Assembly (NCBI GenBank): GCA_965215015.1
Contig: OZ244042.1
Coordinates: 448,001-512,000, forward strand
Length of the DNA stretch: 64,000 nt
Source of the DNA: Candidatus Poribacteria bacterium
GTDB taxonomy: Bacteria > Poribacteria > WGA-4E > PCPOR2b
Direction: 5' to 3'
Shown: piece after piece, positions 20,758 through 30,500 of the stretch
How the letters are laid out: each line of letters opens with the position of its first letter
Position numbering within the stretch: position 1 is the first letter of the stretch
Translations under genes and position numbers: made by a program
Notes under the pieces: generated by a model
What the model saw: the letters and a program-made list of their open reading frames with translations, nothing else
Database searches by the model: none
Told to the model about the DNA's origin: nothing

Positions 20758-22746
20758 TCAAATTTCATTTTCACTGCTCTTTCGTTGAGCAAATTCATTG
20801 CTATATTTGTACATGTACCACGATGCAATACTCCGGAATGGCTTCCATTGATTAGCAATCTCCTGCATCTCTTCAATATTATTAATAGCAATGTCATACA
20901 CCTGACTGATGGTCCTTCTAAGAGCTAGGTCCTGTATGGGAAATACATCTTGCCTGGCTAGACTAAATATCAAAAACATATTTACAGTCCAATCGCCTAT
21001 TCCTTTGACAGTTTTAAGCACGGATCGAATTTGATCCTCGGTCATAGAAGACATTTTGTCAAGATCTATATCCCCTCGTACAATCCTTTCAGACAGATCA
21101 GAAATGTATGAGTATTTACGTCGCGAAACTCCTGTTGCTAAAATCTTGTCTGGTGGTTGCTTTATGAAACGATGGGGAGTAACAGGCGATGAATTAAACA
21201 AAGACCGGAATCTATGAAATATTGTGTCTGCTGCCTGTCGAGATAACTGCTGGTTAATTATCGAACCTACTAAAAATTCAAAATGAAGCGTTTGGGACTG
21301 AAGATTGCACGGTCCAACCTTGTTTATAATTTTTCCCAAGTGCTTGTCTCGCTTATGAAGGTGATAACAAATACCACTGAAGTTAGAAGATTCATTAATC
21401 TGTTGAGTTGGTATATAAGCATTCTTAAGTAAGCCTGATGTCTGAAGCCAATCATTAACTATCTTCTGAACTTCAACCTTCTTGTTTTTTGTCGCTGAAA
21501 TGGAAAAATCGACAATTGAGTTATGAGGTGGATTACTTGCGCTTGAGGCTTTCTGAGTATCAAAAAACAGAGAGTCAAAAAGCGTTGGTTGATTGGCTGA
21601 ATCCTCCTCTTTTTTGCCCCCTTTTACATAATCACCCATGGGCTTGAGCCCGTGAGAGAAACGACCTAGGATTGTTGTAATCGCTTCAACGCTGTTATCA
21701 ATCCCTATCCAGTTTCGTTGTAGTTCATCAGCTACAGCCAGGGTCGTTCCAGATCCTGCAAAACAATCTAAAACTAAATCTCCAGGATGAGACGACGCTT
21801 GGATTATTCTTCGGAGTAAATCTGGATTCTTCTCTGTGGGGTAGCCGGTGATTTTAATGTTCTGGTTGTGTGCATCTTTGAAGTCTAGCCAAATATCCTG
21901 CACACCGGCTCCTGGATGCTGATCGAGATAAACCTTGCGACGAGGGTTCCCGTTCTTAGACCAAAAAATTTCACCACCTGCATCCATTTTATCAAGTGTT
22001 GCTGGTGGATACTGCCAGTGTTTGCCCGGTGGGGGCATCATTCCTCGCCAAGGTTTTCCCGTTTCTCCATTTCTAGTCCCTGGTGCATGAATGGGAACCT
22101 TCATGAAACGGCGACCAGTTTCAGGCTCAACATAATGATATTCTTTTGCACCGTCTTCGGATAAAGGTTCAACTGGGCGATTCCAGATGTACTTGTCAGA
22201 CTTTGTGTAAAACAAGATCAAGTCAGCAATATTACCGTATGCCTTGCGTGTATAATTTTTTGGATTACACTTCTTTCGAACAATCAAATTGCGGTAATTT
22301 GAAGAACCAAATATTTCATCCATTGTCAATTTCATCTCGAAAATCATCTTATCGTCAAGATGAAGGTAGATCGATCCTTGTGGTGATAGTAGCTCGTGTA
22401 GAAGTATTAGCCTCTCCCGGAGGAATTCGATGAAATCACTGCCTGTCAATGAGTCGGAATATGCTTTTTTTTGTTTCCTAGAAACGAAAGTACTCTGCGT
22501 TGCGAAAGGCGGATCTATGTAAATGAGTGAAACCCTACCTTTCAATTTCTTTTTTTTCAATAGATGTTGAAGTAGGAGTAGGTTGTCACCGAAATAGAGC
22601 TCATTCCTAGATGGAGCAGTATGCAGCGTGCAGACTGCGGGAGATGGCGTTTCCAAAATTGAGGATATGGGCTTCTTTTTTTCGTATTCAAGACGTACGG
22701 AAGTAGTTTTTTCGTTTTTTGACATCTTTGGGATACCTATAGCCAT
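20758..22746 (-). CDS. Beta-class N6A/N4C DNA methyltransferase fused to a C-terminal AlkA-family (HhH-GPD) DNA glycosylase
   Basis: DPPF (motif IV) before YPTEK and DCFAGSGT (motif I); last ~200 aa contain SIINQQLS, HhH LKTVKGIGDWTV, VFPIQD and WKPFRSIASWY. Confidence 0.85.
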   Translation of the reverse strand: MAIGIPKMSKNEKTTSVRLEYEKKKPISSILETPSPAVCTLHTAPSRNELYFGDNLLLLQHLLKKKKLKGRVSLIYIDPPFATQSTFVSRKQKKAYSDSLTGSDFIEFLRERLILLHELLSPQGSIYLHLDDKMIFEMKLTMDEIFGSSNYRNLIVRKKCNPKNYTRKAYGNIADLILFYTKSDKYIWNRPVEPLSEDGAKEYHYVEPETGRRFMKVPIHAPGTRNGETGKPWRGMMPPPGKHWQYPPATLDKMDAGGEIFWSKNGNPRRKVYLDQHPGAGVQDIWLDFKDAHNQNIKITGYPTEKNPDLLRRIIQASSHPGDLVLDCFAGSGTTLAVADELQRNWIGIDNSVEAITTILGRFSHGLKPMGDYVKGGKKEEDSANQPTLFDSLFFDTQKASSASNPPHNSIVDFSISATKNKKVEVQKIVNDWLQTSGLLKNAYIPTQQINESSNFSGICYHLHKRDKHLGKIINKVGPCNLQSQTLHFEFLVGSIINQQLSRQAADTIFHRFRSLFNSSPVTPHRFIKQPPDKILATGVSRRKYSYISDLSERIVRGDIDLDKMSSMTEDQIRSVLKTVKGIGDWTVNMFLIFSLARQDVFPIQDLALRRTISQVYDIAINNIEEMQEIANQWKPFRSIASWYMYKYSNEFAQRKSSENEI

Positions 22747-22755
22747 AATTCACCC

Positions 22756-23175
22756 TTACGATAATAACCAGTCAAGTGTGATTCTTTCTGTGATCATTCG
22801 TAAAGTAACAACCTTTACAAGGCCAGGCCATGAATCTTCTATGTATGCATAGTCTGTCCACATTGACCCGAGTAAAAGACCGGGACCATCATTTAAAAAA
22901 ATAACTTTAATTGCTAAACTTTGCTGGTGTGCATAGCCTAGCACTTCATTAGCACAATCTCGGTATTGACCTGCTCGATCGTCCTCTTGAGCTCCCCCAC
23001 GGTCGGAATCGTATCGAGCCAACCCGACTGCTACGGGTATTTCATTCTGATATAGAACAAAGTCTACTGGGCGATCTGGCTTGGGATAATCTTCAAATAT
23101 TTCGCCCAAGATTACATCTTTACCGGCTCGTTCAGGGCCAATAATATGCAAATCCCTCCCTCTGAAGTTTTTCAT
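22756..23175 (-). CDS. Short, probably N-terminally truncated type II restriction-endonuclease-like protein
   Basis: Ends 9 nt upstream of the MTase; PVDF...ARYDSDRGGAQEDDR...NDGPG; AT-rich like the MTase. Confidence 0.5.
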   Translation of the reverse strand: MKNFRGRDLHIIGPERAGKDVILGEIFEDYPKPDRPVDFVLYQNEIPVAVGLARYDSDRGGAQEDDRAGQYRDCANEVLGYAHQQSLAIKVIFLNDGPGLLLGSMWTDYAYIEDSWPGLVKVVTLRMITERITLDWLLS

Positions 23176-23253
23176 TGTTATATTTTGCCCCTTTTGCTAC
23201 AATCGATCTGTTTTGAGAGGATACCATAAATAGCGATCAAAGGAGGGAATCCA

Positions 23254-23547
23254 ATGGCTACTTACATCGCGTTGGGACGCTATACACAACAAGGCATAGA
23301 GAATATTAAGGAAGGACCCGCCCGCACTAGTGCTGCTAAAAAAAACATTCAAGCCTTGGGCGGAGAATTTAAGGCGTTTTATATAGTGATGGGTCAGTAC
23401 GACTTTGTCACTATCATTGAAGCCCCAGACGATGAAACCGCAGCCAAGTTCGCGCTTGCTACCGCTTCGGAGGGCAACGTCCGCATTGAGACACTGCGTG
23501 CCTTCACGGAAGATGAATACCGGGAGATTGCTGCTTCTCTGCCTTGA
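23254..23547 (+). CDS. GYD domain-containing protein
   Basis: MATYIALGRYTQQG...MGQYD...ETLRAF; RBS AAGGAGG. Confidence 0.88.
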   Translation: MATYIALGRYTQQGIENIKEGPARTSAAKKNIQALGGEFKAFYIVMGQYDFVTIIEAPDDETAAKFALATASEGNVRIETLRAFTEDEYREIAASLP

Positions 23548-23569
23548 ACCGTTTTTAGCGCGCCTACCA

Positions 23570-23975
23570 TATCGCACAAAAAATGAAACTGTATCGGATT
23601 GGTATAAACTCAAAGATGAGATAGCCAAGTTACATTATCGCATCACCTCTATCAGACGAGACACACCACAAAGCGAGTGCAGCGATTGTAAATAGTACCA
23701 AGCGAATCGGCATAGAATCTCTGAACGTAGCCGGTATGCTCAAGAATCATAAACTTGCCAAAGCATTGTCCAACGCTTCCGTGTCCTCATTTTTAGAGGT
23801 GCTCACGTATAAAGCCGAACCGATTGGCGTAAAGCTTATCGAAGTGGATACCTCTACCCCTCTAGTAATAGTAAAACTTGTTCGGCATGTGGTGGGGTAG
23901 ATAGCGACTTATCCTTGTCCGATAGGACATACCATTGCGGCACTTGCAGGCACACCTAGGACAGAGACCTCAATC
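23570..23975 (+). pseudogene. tnpB: tnpB (IS200/IS605) remnant
   Basis: IAKLHYRI, IGIESLNVAGMLKNHKLAKAL, LTYKAE, SKTCSACG, YHCGTC, DRDLN in broken frames with stops. Confidence 0.85.
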
Positions 23976-24140
23976 TGAGAACCCTCGCCGTGGAACACAC
24001 GGAGCGGCTAAACGCTTGTGGAGATTCCGTAAGACCTCAACCGTTGAGGCACGAATCGTCGAACCAAGAAGATAGCACAGGGCAACGGCTACTGGTCAGT
24101 CTATCATAAGAATCCCAATTTAGCTTTGGGAGTACGTCAA
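23976..24140 (+). mobile_element. IS200/IS605 right end (omegaRNA-like region)
   Basis: Follows the tnpB remnant; ends AAGAATCCCAATTTAGCTTTGGGAGTACGTCAA. Confidence 0.65.
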
Positions 24141-24167
24141 AATTCCGCCCCATACCCCATAATAGTG

Positions 24168-25100
24168 TCAATCTTCTTCTAACCGATATAACTCCTTCAG
24201 GCGGCGTATGTACTCCCTATCCCTTTTTTCAACTGCCTCATCGAACTTATTCGGATCGACAAACCACGGTTTTCCTTCCGCCATACGCTCGTTAATCTTC
24301 TCAGCGGCTTCGTCAAGCGATTCGGATCCTCTCCGTCTCCTAGTTCGTATATCTGCCGGCCATTTCCAGATACCCGCTAGGTCATAGTGAAGAAACGGAC
24401 CTTCATGGGGCATGCGAAAACCGAAGGTCGCCTGGATGCCGAGTTCAATCTCTTCAGCAGTCGCCACGTCCTCTGCCCACAATCGCGTTGCTTCACGCCC
24501 CATAGCACCCTGTATCCGGTTCAGCAGATAGCCCGGCAACTCTTTAAGCACCCGGATTGGTACTTTCTTAACCTTTTTCATCAGGTCGTAGATGATGCTG
24601 TATGTTTCATCACTCGTTCCGGGCCCCTTAGCTACCTCAACCCCAGGCACGATATGCGGCGGCGCAAAGTAGTGTGTTAAACCGATCTTGTCCTGCCGCT
24701 TGACACCTGCGCCGATATCGGTCATCACAAATCCGGAGGTGTTGCTGACGATAATGCTATGCGGTGGACACAGTTGATCCAGTGTCTTAAAGAGAACCTG
24801 CTTGTCTTTTAACCGTTCGATAATTACTTCGGTAATGAAATCACTCTGGGCCACTTCCCCCAAATCGGTGGTGGTTGTGATCCGGCTGAGCGTGTTATCG
24901 GCTTCCGCTTGGGTTATCAATTCCTCCTCGACAAAGAGATCCATAGCAGACCTGATATTTTTCATGGACTGCCGTAGAAGTACATCACTGAGATCCCTGA
25001 TAATGGTGGGGTATCCGCCTAGTGCAAAGTTTATGGCGATGCCGAACCCCATGGTCCCACCCCCAACAACTCCTACCTTTTTAATGTCCGCTAACTCCAT
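24168..25100 (-). CDS. 3-hydroxyacyl-CoA dehydrogenase family protein
   Basis: VGGGTMG, SNTS, HYFAPPH, PGYLLNR. Confidence 0.88.
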   Translation of the reverse strand: MELADIKKVGVVGGGTMGFGIAINFALGGYPTIIRDLSDVLLRQSMKNIRSAMDLFVEEELITQAEADNTLSRITTTTDLGEVAQSDFITEVIIERLKDKQVLFKTLDQLCPPHSIIVSNTSGFVMTDIGAGVKRQDKIGLTHYFAPPHIVPGVEVAKGPGTSDETYSIIYDLMKKVKKVPIRVLKELPGYLLNRIQGAMGREATRLWAEDVATAEEIELGIQATFGFRMPHEGPFLHYDLAGIWKWPADIRTRRRRGSESLDEAAEKINERMAEGKPWFVDPNKFDEAVEKRDREYIRRLKELYRLEED

Positions 25101-25263
25101 ATTTGCCTCCTGTATTTACTACCGCTGGCCCCTTATTTTTCGGCTGACCGAGGTCATTACCACCTTTTTGGTCTGATAGATAAGATGCCGAGGTATTAGC
25201 CAAGAACGCACCTCCGGCTAGCACCTTGATTTTATAGATAGCAGCCATCACTAGACGAACCAA

Positions 25264-26061
25264 TTAGAGAAGGTCTACAATTTTCCGAAGCCCTTCGCCA
25301 AGCTGGATTAAGTTGCTTTGATATATAAACCGGTCCCAACCCATGCAGAAGTGGCGGACACCCAGATCAATATAACGTTTTGCTTCTTCAGGCTTACCAA
25401 TTTCAATCCGTGGCGCGACATCATATTCTATTGATTTCTTGATGACAAGTTCTTCAAACGGTTGTATCTCCGGTGTGCTCATTAAGTTCGGTTCACCTCT
25501 GGAGAAACCAAAATCTGCAGGGCCCCATTGGGTCATATCAACCCCTTTTTCTTTTGCAACCGTCAGGATTTCGTCGATATTATCAACCGCTAGGTCTTTC
25601 TCGATCATAATCAAAAACACCACCGAATTCAAATCTTCGATGTAGCCATCTGCACTATAACCCGATAATGCTGAACGACGTAGTTTGACCCCCATGTGCC
25701 CACCGACATCGGGGAGGTCCGGTCTTATTGCTTGATGGCATCGCTCAATATCCTCTACGGTACGCACATCCGTAAAAAGCACTGCCTTAAAGCCCGCCCC
25801 AAGCGCAGCTTGCGCCCAAAAGCTTTCGCTTTTCTGGTCTAGCTTTGTCATCAGCGGTAAGTTACCACACTGACCCGAACGCGCCATGTGGTAGAGCAGC
25901 TGCATATCAAAAGTACTATACTCCGCACAGAACTCGCCGTAGTCAAACAAACCGGTATCTCCAATGATTTCTGGAAGATCTGGGTCGGCAGAAAGGTAAT
26001 GTGTACCAATAGTTGGTTTCCCTTGATTGAGTTTTTCGCGAAACGTATTAGCCATTATCAT
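25264..26061 (-). CDS. HpcH/HpaI aldolase family protein
   Basis: IMIEK, WGPADF; RBS AGGAGGAGG before ATG 26061. Confidence 0.75.
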   Translation of the reverse strand: MIMANTFREKLNQGKPTIGTHYLSADPDLPEIIGDTGLFDYGEFCAEYSTFDMQLLYHMARSGQCGNLPLMTKLDQKSESFWAQAALGAGFKAVLFTDVRTVEDIERCHQAIRPDLPDVGGHMGVKLRRSALSGYSADGYIEDLNSVVFLIMIEKDLAVDNIDEILTVAKEKGVDMTQWGPADFGFSRGEPNLMSTPEIQPFEELVIKKSIEYDVAPRIEIGKPEEAKRYIDLGVRHFCMGWDRFIYQSNLIQLGEGLRKIVDLL

Positions 26062-26138
26062 ATAACCAATTCCTCCTCCTCGATAAATCGAAATTTTCAA
26101 CTTGTGATTCTGCTGACAGCTAGTAACTTGCGATGGTT

Positions 26139-26171
26139 AGTTCATTGGTTCATTTAATGAACCAATGAACT
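26139..26171. repeat. Inverted array of AATGAAC(C/T) octamers (16-bp perfect arms)
   Basis: AGTTCATTGGTTCATT-T-AATGAACCAATGAACT; the same octamers occur near 7590 and 18241. Confidence 0.7.
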
Positions 26172-26207
26172 CATCGGCCAATGAACCAGAATGTGGGTTG
26201 GTGATGG

Positions 26208-26915
26208 CTAGAGGAACATCGTGATGCCCATATCAATGTATCTATCACGATCGTTTGGTGCAATACCCCGGAGACAGACCGCAACGCCAGTGCCTTGCAA
26301 CTGCTCTGCCACATGACGCGCACAATCATCAAGGGTCTTGAGCGAATGGTGTGGATAGCTTTCTAGGCTGAAGCTCAGATCTGCTGGTCCAAAAGAAAGA
26401 CAGTCAACACCCGGCTTCGCCAGTTTTCTCGCATTGGTGACCGCATTCACTGACTCTATCTGCATCCAGAGGACACCATTTTCACTCCACCATTTTGCAT
26501 ACTCGACCCGTCCACTATGTTCCGGTGCAACCTCCCGGGAGGGACCGCCCCAACTGCGTTTGCCAATCTGCGGATAGTAAAAGAAATCAATGGCTTCATC
26601 GACCGTAGATTCAAGTTCTACCTGCGGCACCTCAATGCCCGTCGGCCCCAAATCCAGGTAGTTGCCGATAAGGTAGGCATTACGGGTGTGCTTAATCCGG
26701 AATTGAACGGGCATATTAAATTCGTCTGCAACTTGGCAAAAGGTTTGCAGCCGTTCCTCGTTGAACGCGGAGTGCTGACTGTCAGTATTGATGAAATCGA
26801 AATCTGCCCCATCAAGGATGGTTCTGAGATCATCCGGATCTGATGCAACGGGGGCTCCCCGCCCGATAAGCACCTCTCCATCATGTATACGTTGTTTCAA
26901 ACTTTTTTCTGCCAT
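26208..26915 (-). CDS. HpcH/HpaI aldolase family protein
   Basis: DSQHS, LDLGPTGIEVPQV, YPQIGKRSWG, MQIES, FGPADLS. Confidence 0.82.
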   Translation of the reverse strand: MAEKSLKQRIHDGEVLIGRGAPVASDPDDLRTILDGADFDFINTDSQHSAFNEERLQTFCQVADEFNMPVQFRIKHTRNAYLIGNYLDLGPTGIEVPQVELESTVDEAIDFFYYPQIGKRSWGGPSREVAPEHSGRVEYAKWWSENGVLWMQIESVNAVTNARKLAKPGVDCLSFGPADLSFSLESYPHHSLKTLDDCARHVAEQLQGTGVAVCLRGIAPNDRDRYIDMGITMFL

Positions 26916-27300
26916 CTGGACCTTCCTTTCAAACTTGATTTTGTTAGATAAAAACTTCCAATCTAATCTTTACAATGTTGTGATGCTCACAGCAGATGAA
27001 CAACATCAAGGCTTTCACCCCAGACTTTGGAAAGCCTTCATAAGTCATTGTACCCGTTTTTCACTTTCCGATCAACAAAAATCAGAGGAGCTTACTATGA
27101 TTCCACCCGGTAGCGATACCTCTGGTACGAACGACAACGCGAAACTACGCTCCAATGGGTTACTCGAGCAAGTGCAAAGCCTAAAAAATCACACCAAGCC
27201 CAGTCTCTAGCAATCAATTTCCCATGTCTTCAGCAGATTTTTAACGGTTTTTCGCCCGAAAGTCCTTTTGAAATGATATAATTATTCAAGTTGTCACCTA

Positions 27301-27464
27301 TAGGACTTACGCAGCTGAACGTTCAATATCTTGTAGCTCGGCGATTCCGTGTCGGCGTACACAACCTCTGAGGCCCGATGAATCGGGCAACTACAACAAG
27401 GGTTCCATTAAGGAGCTCGTAGTGAACAACGATTGGTGTTCCCTACTGAACCGCGTAAGTCCTA
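27301..27464. mobile_element. MITE-like element A, copy 2
   Basis: Perfect 12-bp TIR TAGGACTTACGC...GCGTAAGTCCTA; internal GCCCGATGAATCGGGCAACTAC. Confidence 0.8.
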
Positions 27465-27534
27465 AATATAATGAAAATCTTAGATATTCCATCGTCTTCT
27501 AAGCCAAAGTTGATTTTGGTAAAGGAATCAAACA

Positions 27535-30500
27535 ATGACAGACTACCAACAGCTATATCAAGAGTTCAAACGCTCCGTCAGCCGCTTAATGCAACTTTAC
27601 AGTGAAAAAACGCATTTTGTTGATGAACTGGTTCAGAATGCCGAGGACAGCAGGAGTCTCTGCATGGAATTGCGGTTGGGTGAGAAGGAGTTGTTTGTTT
27701 GGAACGACGGGAACCAGTTTAGCGAAGAGGATGTGTCCAACATCTGTTCGATAGGTTTAAGTAATAAAGACCTGACCCAAATAGGCACTTTTGGCATCGG
27801 CTTCATAGCTGTTCATAACTACACGGATCTCCCGGAAATCTACTCTGGTAATAAACGTTTCCGTATCCGAGATTACAGAAAGCGAGAGGATATTGACGAT
27901 GTCGATTCAAAGGTTGCGAAGCAAATAGATAAAGGCAGAACAGTCTTTCGCCTACCTTTCAAAGATCGCCTACGTCAGAAAGACATTGCATATCTAAAAA
28001 AAGGGCTTTGCAATTTAGAAAAACGATCCCTGCTATTCTTCCGTCATCTTGAAACGATTCAATGGCATGATGAACACAACGGACAAACGGGTTCTTATTC
28101 CTGTCGCCGTTGTCCTCATGATAAAATTCAGAATGCACTCCAAGTTGAGTTGATAGGATCTATTAACGGTGAAAATCAACTGTCGGAAACATTCTTAGTT
28201 TTTTGCAGAGAGGTTCGACCGCCACAAGAAGTGATTGATGAACTTTTGCAGCAAGCAGAAGACGACGAAGAACGAAACCGTATTCAACGATCAGCGAATA
28301 AACAACAGCCGGTTGAAGTCGCATTCAAGCTATGTAACGGTCAAATCACCGGGTTGGACGGTTGTGTCTTGTTTGCTTACCTTCCTACGCAAAGAGAAAC
28401 ACACCTGCGATTTCTCATTCAGGGACGTTATCAGACTACACCCGCGCGTGATAATATTCCAATTGATAATCCATGGAATAAATGGTTGGTACGGGAAACC
28501 ACCAACTTTCTGCCTGAAGTATTGGAACAGTTGAAAGCGGGTGGATTGCTTGAACCGATGTTCTTTGATATATTACCTCTGGAAGGCGACGGTGTGCCGT
28601 CGGCGTTCCTTCCCATCGCCGAGGCTCTGAGAACGGCTATGAAGGAAAGACCGTTTATCCCAACTCAGGACGGAGGGTATGCGAAAGCGGAGAACGTGCA
28701 CGATCCCCATGCCGAATCTCTGAGAAAATTGGTTAAAAGCAGTTGGCTGAATCCGGGCAGCAGTTGGTTGCATCCCGACATACGAGATACGGAAAGGTTT
28801 CGCCGGTGCTTAAAGGTGATGCGCGAAGCAGGTGTAAGAGAAGTAAGCGTCAGTCAAGTGTTGGGTTGGCTTGAAAATCAAACTCCCGGCTGGTTCGAGG
28901 ATAAGCCGAAAGAATGGCTACTTTCGCTGTATGCGTATTTGAAGGAACAACGGTCCGAGCGGGAACGGATAAAAAAACTCCCATTGGTTCGACTTGAAAA
29001 TGGAAGGCATGTAGTATGTGTGGATGATCAACCAGTGTTCCTTCCACCAGATACAGACGAAGACCGTGAAGAAATCGTACCCTTCATCAAGGAGTTACCT
29101 ATCCTGATGTCAGCCCTACTCGAAGGAGATGAACACAACAACATCGAACACTTCTTGAAAACTCTGGGGGTTAGGGAGTTGCGCCCGGAAGAGCTGATTC
29201 GCGAATGGATTATCCCTCAATATTCTCGATCTGACACCCCCAAACCTGCTGTGGAGGAAAACCGCCTGCATCTGCGTTATTTGTGCAAGGTTTGGCATAG
29301 GGGTGGTTGGCGCACAACAGTAGAAATCAGCAAAACTCCGATTCTGTGGGCTTATGATGGCGTTCAACGAGAAGATTATGGCTTTGTAGCCCCCTGCAAG
29401 GCCTATCTGCCACAAGCCTATACAAGCAATACCGATCTGGAAACTTACTTTTCTGTGTGTGATAATGTTTGGTCCGCATGGTTCGTAGACGATGGTTATC
29501 TGGAGACCAATTCCGATTCGGAAGACTGGCTCCAGTTTTTGAAAAGGCTTGGTGCTAAGGATGCACCGCGATTTCTCAAGCAATACCCCGACACCTACGA
29601 CGAAGAATTTGAGGGGCGGAATATTGAAAGGGAACGTAGCACGGGAGAGGAAACTATTGAAGAATATTATTTTGATGGTGTGTACTATTTTTTCGATCAC
29701 CAGGAATCGCATCTTTCACAAGTCCTCTGGCGTTTGTTAGTCAAAGCTCTGCCATCAGAACAAGGAAATCGAGATGTTCTCTTTCAAGGTATCTATCGTT
29801 GGTTCTATTATAGATACAATCAAAAACGCTTTGATGCTCGTTTTTATCTTCTTCTGAAGGCCTATGAGGACTGGCTCCCTGACGATCAAGGCAGCCTTCG
29901 TTCTCCTTCCAAGTGTTTCGCGCCAACTTCTGAAAACCGTAGGGTGTTAGGGGATAGCGTGGCCTACCTGCACCCTGACCTCGATATCAGCGAGGACAAT
30001 GAACCCGCGCGATGGTTAGCTAAGAAGTTGGGGATACACCTGAATGCAAATACGGAAAGTGTACTCAACTACCTGCAAAGATTAAGCAATACAACAGTAA
30101 GTGTTCAGGACATTGAACCCCTCTATCGATTCCTTGCACAACAGGATGCACGGCCACGCGAAAAATTTGAGGAAGAGCCCCTTATCTTTACTCCTTGCCC
30201 AGAACCGCGCTGGTGGCGAACAGATCAGGTGTTTTGGGAGGATGAGAGCGCGGTTTTCGGCAATAGTCGTGGCTATCTCAAAGCACGTTATGCGGAAACG
30301 CTAAAACCATTTTTCATCGCTTTGGGAGTATCGGAACGAGCTTCTTCCTTAGATTATGTCCGTGGTATCCGAGAGGTTACATCTGCAGCACAAGCGAGCG
30401 ATGCGGAGGTTCATAAGCGTGTTAAAGTTCTTTACAGTCGTTTATGGAGCGCGCTGCAAGAAGACGACAGCTTGCTAGAAGACGAAAATTGGCGGAAAGA

